Below, one piece after another: positions 47,644-56,479 of a stretch of 64,000 nucleotides of DNA; the stretch's first letter is position 1, and every line of letters begins with the position of its first letter. The notes under the pieces are model-generated. The model was not told the DNA's origin. It ran no database searches and worked only from the letters and a program-made list of their open reading frames with translations. The stretch is from a virus, in IMG/VR virus record IMGVR_UViG_3300017987_000006, positions 114,260-178,259 of that record, one strand, 5' to 3'. Made by a program: the position numbers and the translations under genes.

Positions 47644-50600
47644 CGAAGAACTCCTTCGCCCAGGAATGTCCGTAATCCAGCAGTTTCGGACGATCACCCC
47701 CACGATCGTTCAGCCGACGCTGGTTCCCTGTGTCGTGGGCCCGTGCTTCCAGGTCGTCGAGGCATTGGAGACCGACGCAACCGGCAACTCCGTGGTGAAC
47801 ACGGACGCCGTGCCTTCGGTTCCGCCCATCATCACCTCGATCTCGGCTGAGGACTACACCGGCCTGGACGGACTCACCCTGAAGGTCAGCGTGAACAACG
47901 GCCCCGAGCAGGAGGTCACCCTCTCCGACCCGACCGCGGCTGGTCTGACGGCAGATCAGGTCAAGAGCCAGATCTTGGCCACGAGCGGCATCAGCGGCTG
48001 GGCGGCATACACCGTGACCCGTGGCTCGAGCACCTACCTGCAGCTCCGCGGGAACAACTCCGGTGACGGTCAGTCTCTTCAGATCTTGGATGGCACGGCA
48101 AACGCCCAGCTGGGGCTGCCGGACTTCTTCGAGGCGACTGGTTTCTCGTCCTACGCGCAGGACAAGCGGTTCATCGCGCAAGACAACTTCCCGGACCCGC
48201 GGGACAACATGGACGAGCTCGACATCGATGAGGACTCGATCAGAGTCTTCATCAACACCGGCTCGGCGCTGCAGGAGGTCAAGAGGGACGAAACCTTTCT
48301 ACGCAACGGCTGGACCGCGTGGATCTTGGGCACGGCCATCTCGTTCCAGACTTCGAGCTTGAAGGACAAGGACCTCGAGGTAACGTTCGCGGTTGGTGGA
48401 ACCGAGCAAACCATCACCTTCGACGGCGACTACCAGGCTGTTGATGGAACGTTGGTCGTGCCGGCCGGCGTCTACGCCGACCCCGGCACCGACACCATCG
48501 ACATCCAGAAGAACAGCGATACGGCCGTGACCGTGACTTTCGCCAGCCCGGCGGACATCGATGCAGCGGTAACAGCGATCAACGCGGCGTGGGCAGCGAC
48601 CTATACCGGTGAGGACGTCTGCTACCGCGCCGACGCGGACGGATCGGCCAACCCAGCCGGCACCTACATTGCCTTCCAAGTTGGCGGCGCGACCGCGACC
48701 GGTGACTACGTGAAGGTCATCGAACCGGGCAGCGGCGACGCCTTCAGCGACATCGGCTTTACCTCCGCGCAAGGAGCGGTCGGTTCTTCGCTGGTCTACT
48801 TCATCAACACCACCTTGAGCTCTCCGACTGACTACCCGGCGGCGGTTGACGGCGGCAGCGATAAGCTGAAGCTATACTCCTACGACGGGTACATCAAGGT
48901 GGGTGATGGGGACGCCAACGCTACGCTCGGGCTGACCGATGACGAGGTGCAGTACGCGCTGGAGGGCGTGGATGATGGAGACGGGGACAGCACCTCACCG
49001 ATCGTCAGAATCCACAACGAGGACTTCACGCTCGATCCGACCAGTGCCTCGTTGACTGGGACCGGCGATCTGTCAGGCGACAACCAGGTCCACAAGCTGA
49101 CCTTCCAGCTCGCCATCGATGGCGAGCCGATGCAGGAGGTCGAGTTCAACGGCGGGCCGATCGTCCCGGCCAACCCCTACGCAGACCCCGGCACCGACAG
49201 CTTGGGCCTGATTGTGAACGGCACCCCGGTGGTGGTCACATTCGCCAGCCCGGCCGACATCGACGCTGCGGTGACTGCGATCAACACCGCCACCAGCCCC
49301 GTGGTCGTGGCCTACCGCTCTTTGAGCACGGGTGTAGCCGATGCAGCCGGAACCTACATCGCCTTCCAGGTGGGCGGCAGCACGGACGCTGGCGGTTCGA
49401 TCATCATCGACTACAGCGCCAGCACGGGCAACGCCTGGACGGATATCGGCTTTACCGGGACGTCTGACATCTACCAGACCCTCACCTCGGCCGAGATCGA
49501 GACCGCCATCGAGAACACGATGGGCACCGGGACGGCGGCCATCAGTTCTGACAACCTGGTGTTGAGCTCGGCCGAGACCGGGGTCGAGTCCAAGATCGAG
49601 ATCGGCCAGGGGACGGCCAACACCTTGCTGGGCTTCACCTCCGGCTACGTCACCAACGGCCGGGGGTTCAAGCCCAAGGCCGGGGACTACCTGTACGCCG
49701 ATGGCGAACTTCTGGGTATCATCGCTCAGGTCTCGCCAGGAGCGGTAGCTACGGACCTGCGGTTGGACAGAGAGCTGACCTACACCACACTGCTCAAGAA
49801 GAACTGGTACATCCAGGCCAAGAACATCGCAGATCCACAGCCTGCCGATCGCCCCACTCCGGACTTGGTCGTGGACCTGGCGGGTGACATCACGATCAAG
49901 CACGACATCCTCCGCGACACCCGTGGGGACGCTGTGGAGCTGGCAAGCGATCAGCTGATCGTGGCCTACGATGCGCTGCGGCTGGATGTTACACCCAAGG
50001 CTGATAACCCCGCGCTGCTGACCTTCGAGGGGACGGACGAGCTCGAGACGTCACTCGAGCCATTGAACACGGACAACCCCCTGGGCCTGGGTCTGTTCTT
50101 CGCGCTGCTGAATGCGCCAGGCGTGACGGTCAGCGGTATCGGTGTGAGTGCCACCAGCGCGGACTCGCCCAACGGAACACTAGCAGCCTACACCGAGGCG
50201 GCGACGTTCCTGGAGAGCCAGGAGGTCTACGCCATCGCTCCGCTGACGCACGATGGCGACATCCACTCGATGTGGCAGACCCACGTCAACAACATGTCCG
50301 ACCCGGACGCCCGCGGAGAACGCATCGTCGTGATCAACCCGGAGATGCCAGACCGAAACCTGGACACTCTGGTGGCCAGCGGGACGGACGCGGACAGCAC
50401 GGGCGTGACCAACGAGCTTGATACCAAGCTGTCTAACCTGGCCGCGCTGTTGCTCGCCGCCGGAGTCGACCCCACCGGGACCATCGAGGTGGACGATGGA
50501 GTCTACCTGGACATCGCCTCGGACTCCAGCAAGTACAGCATCTCAGCTGTGAGTGGGACCAAGATCACCATCCGGGTGACCTTCGCGCCTGGGGAAAACG

Positions 50601-51346
50601 ACGACAGCTACTACAGCTCGTCCAACCTTTCCTCCTCGCTGATCTCGGAGTCCTTCTCCATCAAGATCCGCGGCGCGGAGCTGCTGACCTCGGAGAACCT
50701 ACCGGATTACGCGGCCATTGCCTCGACCTACGCCGACCTGGGCACCGCCTACGGCGATCGACGAGTGTACATGACCGCTCCGGATCAGGCCGGAGCCACC
50801 ATCGATGGGCTCGAGCAGCTGATCGATGCGTTCTACGTGAACGCGGCCATCGCAGGCATGATCGGGCAGCAGCCTCCGCAGCAGGGATTCACCAACTTCC
50901 CGATCTCCGGGTTCACACGCATTGTAGGGTCGAACGACAAGTTCAGCGAGACCCAGATGAACGTGGGTGCGGGCGGCGGCACCTACTGGATCATCCAGGA
51001 GGTGGTCAACGGACCCCTGACGTGCCGTCACCAGTTGTCTACTGACACGAGCTCCATCGAGAAGCGGGAGCTGTCGATCACCAAGGTGGTGGACTACGTC
51101 GCGAAGTTCATGCGGGCAGGCCTGCGTAACTTCATCGGCAAGTTCAACATCACCCAGGGCTTCCTGGACACCCTATCGACCGTCATCCAGGGGCAGTTGA
51201 CCTTCTTGACGGAGAACGGAGTGATCATCGGTGGGGACCTGAACAACATCGTCCAGGACACCACTGAGCCTGACACGGTGCTGATCGATGTCACGTTGGA
51301 TGTCCCCTATCCGTGCAACTACATCAGGCTCGTGTTGACCATTTGA
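47636..51346 (+). CDS. Contractile tail sheath protein with large insertion domains
   Basis: ATG 47636 with GAGGAG; C-terminal sheath motifs TCRHQLSTD...RELSITKVVDYVAK, DVPYPCNYI; acidic. Confidence 0.85.
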   Translation: MANEELLRPGMSVIQQFRTITPTIVQPTLVPCVVGPCFQVVEALETDATGNSVVNTDAVPSVPPIITSISAEDYTGLDGLTLKVSVNNGPEQEVTLSDPTAAGLTADQVKSQILATSGISGWAAYTVTRGSSTYLQLRGNNSGDGQSLQILDGTANAQLGLPDFFEATGFSSYAQDKRFIAQDNFPDPRDNMDELDIDEDSIRVFINTGSALQEVKRDETFLRNGWTAWILGTAISFQTSSLKDKDLEVTFAVGGTEQTITFDGDYQAVDGTLVVPAGVYADPGTDTIDIQKNSDTAVTVTFASPADIDAAVTAINAAWAATYTGEDVCYRADADGSANPAGTYIAFQVGGATATGDYVKVIEPGSGDAFSDIGFTSAQGAVGSSLVYFINTTLSSPTDYPAAVDGGSDKLKLYSYDGYIKVGDGDANATLGLTDDEVQYALEGVDDGDGDSTSPIVRIHNEDFTLDPTSASLTGTGDLSGDNQVHKLTFQLAIDGEPMQEVEFNGGPIVPANPYADPGTDSLGLIVNGTPVVVTFASPADIDAAVTAINTATSPVVVAYRSLSTGVADAAGTYIAFQVGGSTDAGGSIIIDYSASTGNAWTDIGFTGTSDIYQTLTSAEIETAIENTMGTGTAAISSDNLVLSSAETGVESKIEIGQGTANTLLGFTSGYVTNGRGFKPKAGDYLYADGELLGIIAQVSPGAVATDLRLDRELTYTTLLKKNWYIQAKNIADPQPADRPTPDLVVDLAGDITIKHDILRDTRGDAVELASDQLIVAYDALRLDVTPKADNPALLTFEGTDELETSLEPLNTDNPLGLGLFFALLNAPGVTVSGIGVSATSADSPNGTLAAYTEAATFLESQEVYAIAPLTHDGDIHSMWQTHVNNMSDPDARGERIVVINPEMPDRNLDTLVASGTDADSTGVTNELDTKLSNLAALLLAAGVDPTGTIEVDDGVYLDIASDSSKYSISAVSGTKITIRVTFAPGENDDSYYSSSNLSSSLISESFSIKIRGAELLTSENLPDYAAIASTYADLGTAYGDRRVYMTAPDQAGATIDGLEQLIDAFYVNAAIAGMIGQQPPQQGFTNFPISGFTRIVGSNDKFSETQMNVGAGGGTYWIIQEVVNGPLTCRHQLSTDTSSIEKRELSITKVVDYVAKFMRAGLRNFIGKFNITQGFLDTLSTVIQGQLTFLTENGVIIGGDLNNIVQDTTEPDTVLIDVTLDVPYPCNYIRLVLTI

Positions 51347-51392
51347 CGTGAGCAAAGAGGGCCACCCCTCTTTTTAGCTAAGGAGCAGAGAC

Positions 51393-52103
51393 ATGACTCA
51401 GTTCAGCGAATGGAGACCATACGAGCGCTACGTGCAGTCTGGGCTCGCAGATGGTCAGTTCCTGTCCGCGGCCTTCACCGTGCTGGCAGCGGGGCCTCCC
51501 AGGTTGGCCAACGTCGGCGGGGCGACCGTCACGGCTGGTGCATTGGCGGGAGCGGGAGCGGACCAGATCGTGATGCCGATTGGCATCATGCAGAACCTCA
51601 ACCTGTCCCACAACCGGCAGTTCAGTCAGATCTTCGAGATCGGCTCGGAGCGAAGCTACTTCATCAGCGGCCGGACCATCGGCCAGCTGACGCTGGCGCG
51701 CGTGATGTATCACGGACCCAGCCTCCTGCGGATGCTCTACGCCTACTACGAAGATCTCATCCCGCCGAACACGGTGAGCGCGGTCTTCGCCAATGCTGGC
51801 AGCGCCACCGTGGCCAACCCGCACGATGTCAAGATCCCACCCGGCTACGAGAACTTCTTTGTCAACTTGGCGAGTGATCTGTTCAACCAGCCCATCGGGA
51901 TCTTGTTGTACGTCCGGGATAGCAACGAGGACACAGTCGGGGCGGTCTACATGGAGAACTGCTATGTGCCGAACCACACCTGGGCCACGGACGCCCAGGG
52001 CGTGATGATCCAGGAAAACGCAGGCATGCAGTTCGAGCGGGCCGTGCCCGTCGCCGTCAGCGCCCTGAGCCTCATCACCGGCACCACCGGGGCCATCTTC
52101 TAG
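51393..52103 (+). CDS. Tail tube protein
   Basis: Follows sheath; IGIMQNLNLSHNRQFSQIFEIGS, YMENCYV. Confidence 0.7.
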   Translation: MTQFSEWRPYERYVQSGLADGQFLSAAFTVLAAGPPRLANVGGATVTAGALAGAGADQIVMPIGIMQNLNLSHNRQFSQIFEIGSERSYFISGRTIGQLTLARVMYHGPSLLRMLYAYYEDLIPPNTVSAVFANAGSATVANPHDVKIPPGYENFFVNLASDLFNQPIGILLYVRDSNEDTVGAVYMENCYVPNHTWATDAQGVMIQENAGMQFERAVPVAVSALSLITGTTGAIF

Positions 52104-52112
52104 GAGCCGCCA

Positions 52113-52760
52113 ATGAGGGGTCGACGCCTTGTGCCGGCTGGCGGAGAGCCGGCACACATCTTCGCCAAGGTAGCCCACGCCCGGGCCCACCATGAGACGT
52201 CCATCAGCGCCATCAACTCGGTCATGCGGAAGCTAGCGCGGCAGCAGGCCGCATCAGCACCCGAGGCTCCGGAACCCCTGGGAGAGTACGCTGGGTACGC
52301 CCCAGGTGGCCAGTTTGAGGCGGAACCGACATCGGTAGTACCTTCGGTCCAGTCTCCGGAAAGTCCGCTCTCAGAGCCTCTCAGGCCGTCTCACGGCCTC
52401 GGTCGTGATGACTTGCCGGTGCGGGCCGAGGCCCTGCTGGAAGGTCTCCACGAGGGGATGCTGGAGTCAGCGGAAGAGTCAGAAAAATCGGCTGTTTATA
52501 GACAACCAACTCCTCCGCCCCCTCTTAGACCTCGGGTGCTCCGGAAAAAGCCCATCAGCGCGGCGGCCAGAGCTGCCGCAGCACCCATTCGGGGAGTACT
52601 GAAGCGGCTGGTTCCTGGGGCCTTGTTAGCCTCGGCTGCTTATGGGCTCTACAAGGGAGTTCCGGCGGCGGCTAGGTTCGCCAAGCAGCAGGGGGCACGC
52701 CCGATGGCTTACAACTATGGGCTCAGCCAGCACCCGTACGGGTACTCTTCGGAGGGATAG
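52113..52760 (+). CDS. Hypothetical protein (Pro-rich)
   Basis: AGGAG RBS; last gene of the operon. Confidence 0.55.
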   Translation: MRGRRLVPAGGEPAHIFAKVAHARAHHETSISAINSVMRKLARQQAASAPEAPEPLGEYAGYAPGGQFEAEPTSVVPSVQSPESPLSEPLRPSHGLGRDDLPVRAEALLEGLHEGMLESAEESEKSAVYRQPTPPPPLRPRVLRKKPISAAARAAAAPIRGVLKRLVPGALLASAAYGLYKGVPAAARFAKQQGARPMAYNYGLSQHPYGYSSEG

Positions 52761-52830
52761 TTTCCGGTTGCTTCTTACCTCGGTTACCTCCGCTCTCCGG
52801 CTTAGGCCGGCGTGGTAAAGAGGCACAGTG

Positions 52831-52868
52831 TCCCGGTCAGGACCGGCCCCCTGACCGGGATTTTTTTC
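52831..52868 (+). terminator. Intrinsic terminator ending the structural operon
   Basis: TCCCGGTCAG/CTGACCGGGA 10-bp stem then TTTTTTT. Confidence 0.85.
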
Positions 52869-52894
52869 TTTGGAGTGTAGGATGTGGCTACTTG

Positions 52895-53410
52895 CTAGCG
52901 GCCTTTTTTCGTCCAGTTGAACGCGTCTGTGATGGACGAAGGAAGGTCAGACTGCAGATCAGATGGTCCGGCAGGGTACAAGCCTTCACTATCTTCTTGC
53001 CCACTTTCAACTTCATCAAGTACGGGCAATCGTTCACTGTCGGCTGCCGGCACATGCTCATGGGCTCCTCCGTGGTCTTCGTACTGGATCGTGATGTCAT
53101 CCAGCATCTCCTCATCTGGTGTGGACAAACTGTGGATAGGTTTCCGGCCGGATAAGATCTGTGCAGCCAGCTCTTGGTGCTCTGGTGTTGCCCAAGAGGC
53201 ATGTAAGGCTTCAGCAAGCACGGATAGATCTGTGCCAAAGGTATCGAGGTAAAGCGACCGATGCCGGGATGGTGATTTGTTCACAGACTTATCCCCAGGT
53301 ACATTGACGATGAGTGGAGGGCATGGAGGAAGCGGAGCTCCCACCACTTCATCGTGGCGGAGCGGCGGGTCCTCCACGTCATACGGCGCTGGGTATTTAA
53401 ATCGTGGCAT
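52895..53410 (-). CDS. Hypothetical acidic protein
   Basis: 171 aa, ATG, overlaps RHH gene end. Confidence 0.55.
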   Translation of the reverse strand: MPRFKYPAPYDVEDPPLRHDEVVGAPLPPCPPLIVNVPGDKSVNKSPSRHRSLYLDTFGTDLSVLAEALHASWATPEHQELAAQILSGRKPIHSLSTPDEEMLDDITIQYEDHGGAHEHVPAADSERLPVLDEVESGQEDSEGLYPAGPSDLQSDLPSSITDAFNWTKKGR

Positions 53411-53588
53411 GCCAAACCCTCGCGAGCTCTTCTTCGTAGTCCATTTGTCGCTGGATCAGGGCGCGGATGATGTCCGAGCACCCAATGTTTTCCCGAAACT
53501 TTTGAGACATCATATTACACTTCTTGTAGAGGAACTCACGTTGTTCTTTCCGCATGCGGACAGTGATCGTACAAACCTTGTTCTTCAT
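53397..53588 (-). CDS. Ribbon-helix-helix (CopG/Arc-like) DNA-binding protein
   Basis: TITVRMRKEQREFL...CSDIIRALI; ATG 53588 with GAGG. Confidence 0.7.
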   Translation of the reverse strand: MKNKVCTITVRMRKEQREFLYKKCNMMSQKFRENIGCSDIIRALIQRQMDYEEELARVWHATI

Positions 53589-53610
53589 GTAGATTTCCTC
53601 GTTCACAGCT

Positions 53611-53715
53611 AAAAAGTGATCGGGGAGGTTGCCCAGAAAGGAGATTGATCCCCGATCACTAACTTCCGCAGGGGGGCCGTGCTTGGGGGGGAGCAAGCAG
53701 GCCCACTGCTTCCGT
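53611..53715 (-). ncRNA. Candidate small RNA or attenuator leader
   Basis: Promoter motif 53723-53731; two hairpins, the second a perfect 12-bp stem AGTGATCGGGGA/TCCCCGATCACT followed by U tract. Confidence 0.45.
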
Positions 53716-53757
53716 CACCTTTCTTATACCATAACGATCGCCGGTTTTTAAGGTTCG

Positions 53758-53786
53758 TTGACCGCTTCCAAACAGCGCGTTATGCT
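53758..53786 (+). promoter_or_regulatory. Sigma70-like promoter
   Basis: TTGACC-17 nt-TATGCT upstream of lipoprotein gene. Confidence 0.65.
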
Positions 53787-53828
53787 CCGTCAACAACGCA
53801 GAAAAGGCACGTTGAAAGGAGCCAACAA

Positions 53829-54398
53829 ATGAAACGCTTTTTGATCACGATGATGGTGGGCGTCTGTCTGGGGATGATGCTCCCCGGCTTGACGGCTTGC
53901 CCAAACCCAGAGACCGGAAAGATCGATCCATACCTCACAGCACGAACCATCATCCTACAAGCAAACACAGCTCTCGGACTCGCAGACGGAATCTTCGGCC
54001 AGTGGTACCTGGGCAAGATGCTCACCGACCAAGACATCGCGAACAAAACAAAATTGATCTATGAGAAAACCAAAACCGGGGTGGCCAACGGGCTACAGAT
54101 CGCTTTGAACGGAGTGGCTATCGCTGAGCAGGCCAAGAAAGATCCGAACATCCAGCTACTGATGGGAGAAGCCGACAAAGCCTGGCAGAACCTACGCAAG
54201 TTCTTGACAGATCTACTGGCAAAACAGGAGGACGCGAAGCTGGTCACACTGGCCGACGCACCAAAGAAAGAGCCTCCTACATCTGCACCAGTCACTAAGG
54301 ACGATCCAAAAGCGCCACCGAAAGTGGCTGTCAAAACGTCGGCCATCACGGTGAAGGTCGACGCCCTCAAGAACCTCCCAAAGACCCTCTTGCCATAG
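53829..54398 (+). CDS. Lipoprotein
   Basis: MKRFLITMMVGVCLGMMLPGLTA-C: basic n-region, hydrophobic h-region, LTAC lipobox; AAGGAG RBS. Confidence 0.75.
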   Translation: MKRFLITMMVGVCLGMMLPGLTACPNPETGKIDPYLTARTIILQANTALGLADGIFGQWYLGKMLTDQDIANKTKLIYEKTKTGVANGLQIALNGVAIAEQAKKDPNIQLLMGEADKAWQNLRKFLTDLLAKQEDAKLVTLADAPKKEPPTSAPVTKDDPKAPPKVAVKTSAITVKVDALKNLPKTLLP

Positions 54399-54426
54399 CT
54401 AAGGGGGACTCGATCCCCCCAGTTGA

Positions 54427-54633
54427 TCAACCGACGTACTGACGGTCGATCTCTTCGATCTGTCGATCTATAGTTTCAATCTCATCAACCTCTCGTTCTA
54501 AGTCTCTGATCTCCCTGAGGACGCGCTTCCTTAATCTTTGGCCGATTTCTTGTCCACAATCATCGAGAAAGATTTTGGACTGTTCGATCATTTCTTGTAG
54601 CACAGAAACAACGCCGTTGAGTCTCTCGCTCAT
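54427..54633 (-). CDS. Small coiled-coil hypothetical protein
   Basis: GAGGAG RBS; GGGTATAAG at 54662-54670. Confidence 0.65.
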   Translation of the reverse strand: MSERLNGVVSVLQEMIEQSKIFLDDCGQEIGQRLRKRVLREIRDLEREVDEIETIDRQIEEIDRQYVG

Positions 54634-54789
54634 TTAGATCTCCTCTCTGGTTTGTACAATTCTTATACCCAGAAGAGGGATCAATTTCAGTGAGCTAAGA
54701 AAGGCCCCCGCAACGGTGTGCCTGCTCCGCGGCAGGGGCCTTAGAGAATCAAAGGTACCAACTCTAATCCTCCAAAGCCCTTATACCGC

Positions 54790-55320
54790 TTACGTGTCGT
54801 CCTCTTGCATCTGGGCCGGGGGCTGCTGCGCGTTCCTCTTGATTATGGACCAGCTCTTGGGACGCTTGAACGATCTCGGCAAACGCTTGGGAGGCGGAGA
54901 AGCCGTAGGAGGGGCCGGTGCGGGCTCGAGCTTCTCCAGCTTCTTCTCGAACTTCTTCGTCAGTTCCTCGATGGTCCTGGATGTTCCTGAACCAGATGTC
55001 GCCCGGCGGGAGGCAAGAGCGAACCCAATGAAGAGCGCACGCACGCTGTCGGCATCTGCCTTGGCCGCGTTCAGCTCATTGCGAAACCGGAACTCGAGGT
55101 TACCCAGCTGCCTGTTGAAGTGATCTTCGATCTTCCCCAGGTCCCTGTTCAGATCATCCAGCTTCTTGACGAGCTCCTGGTGAGCAGCCCTGGACGCCTT
55201 CTCTGGGGCCTTTGATCGTGTCTCGATCAACGCCGTCACTGAGGCGATCAATGCTGCCAGCCCGCCCAGGAACGATCCAATCTGGACCCACTTTGACTTA
55301 GGTTTTCCGTTGATCGTCAT
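54790..55320 (-). CDS. Membrane-anchored coiled-coil protein
   Basis: ATG 55320 with AGGAGG; TM WVQIGSFLGGLAALIASVTALI, heptads, Pro-rich linker. Confidence 0.65.
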   Translation of the reverse strand: MTINGKPKSKWVQIGSFLGGLAALIASVTALIETRSKAPEKASRAAHQELVKKLDDLNRDLGKIEDHFNRQLGNLEFRFRNELNAAKADADSVRALFIGFALASRRATSGSGTSRTIEELTKKFEKKLEKLEPAPAPPTASPPPKRLPRSFKRPKSWSIIKRNAQQPPAQMQEDDT

Positions 55321-55417
55321 GTAAACCTCCTGAATCCTGAGATTATCGATGATCAACTGGACGATCAACTATTTTTTGGTCAGCCGGAGGGCCAGGCCCC
55401 TATGTTCTGGGAGGCGG

Positions 55418-55520
55418 TTTTGAAAAAGTAGTAACTTTGAAAAAAATCCTGTGTCATATGTATATGTCCGACATATGTATATGTAGATTTAAAAAAAATT
55501 ATTCTTTTTTTCTTAATAGG
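55418..55520. repeat. AT-rich intergenic island with direct repeats
   Basis: CATATGTATATGT x2 (55455-55467, 55472-55484), TTTGAAAAA x2, A/T runs. Confidence 0.75.
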
Positions 55521-55572
55521 GGTTCCCAGACATATGGACCCCACCCCAAAAACGGGGTGGGGGGCATGATCG

Positions 55573-55797
55573 TTATTGATCTACCTCTATCCTTCTCAGG
55601 ACGTGGTAGATCGCATCGAGGTCTTTTCCATTGATCGGCCAGTCTAACTTCCCCAGGAACTCCGCGGCCCGTTCATCGGGTCTGACCTGCAGGGTGCGCT
55701 TCCCAGGTATTTTCAACAGCAGGGTTCCGTCACCCATGTCCTTTACCCAGGCCCCCAGGCGGCGTGCGTTCTGCATGAACTCCTTATTGATGCTCAT
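55573..55797 (-). CDS. Small hypothetical protein
   Basis: AGGAG RBS; CGGTATAAG at 55825-55833; 10-bp hairpin CCCCCACCCC/GGGGTGGGGG downstream. Confidence 0.65.
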   Translation of the reverse strand: MSINKEFMQNARRLGAWVKDMGDGTLLLKIPGKRTLQVRPDERAAEFLGKLDWPINGKDLDAIYHVLRRIEVDQ

Positions 55798-55919
55798 TTG
55801 ATCTCCTTTTTGGGTTGTACTTTTCTTATACCGATTTATGAGGAAATTCGGATCAGATCGTGGTATAGGATCTCTGCTTTCGTTGGGGAATTACCCCCGA
55901 CACAACATAGGAGGAAGAA

Positions 55920-56120
55920 GTGGCCAAGAAGAAGCAGAAAGAGATCCCAGCACTGGTGCGCGTCAGCAGCATGAAGGAGTACATCAAGGGGGCGGCGGAC
56001 GTGAACGTGTCCGGAGAGCTCGTCGAGGCGGTGAACGGGAAGCTGGCAGAGGTGCTTGCGGATGCCGTAGATCGGTGCCTTGGAAACAACCGCAAGACCG
56101 TTCGTCCGGTGGACCTGTAG
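55920..56120 (+). CDS. Bacterial-type histone-fold protein (66 aa)
   Basis: LVRVSSMKEYIK / VNVS / GELVEAVNGKLAEVLADAVDRC / RKTVRPVDL; AGGAGG RBS before GTG. Confidence 0.85.
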   Translation: MAKKKQKEIPALVRVSSMKEYIKGAADVNVSGELVEAVNGKLAEVLADAVDRCLGNNRKTVRPVDL

Positions 56121-56161
56121 GGCCCTTGCTAACCGGGGTCTGCCCGGGGTACACTCGGTCC

Positions 56162-56464
56162 ATGGATTTAGTAACCATCACCTCTATGCTCGATGAGCTG
56201 GAGAAGATTGCTATCTCTGGCCAGGTGCCCCGGGCACCCAAAGCGCCCAAGACTTCAGCACCACCTCCCCCGCCTGCTGCCCGCATGGCTCCCACGAAGA
56301 TGCCAAACCCGCCGTCGTTTGCTCCTCCAGCTCTTCCGCACTCCGGCGTTCCGGGGCAGCGGCATAGCGCGCTGGCGACGCAGAACACCCTCGGGAAACG
56401 TCTTCCACCAATCGATCCACGCGCGGCCGCGACGATGGTGAGGTATAAGGCCCCGGTTTACTAG
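56162..56464 (+). CDS. Small DELEKI-motif, Pro-rich protein
   Basis: MDLVTITSMLDELEKIA. Confidence 0.6.
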   Translation: MDLVTITSMLDELEKIAISGQVPRAPKAPKTSAPPPPPAARMAPTKMPNPPSFAPPALPHSGVPGQRHSALATQNTLGKRLPPIDPRAAATMVRYKAPVY

Positions 56465-56479
56465 GCCCAGGAGAACAAC

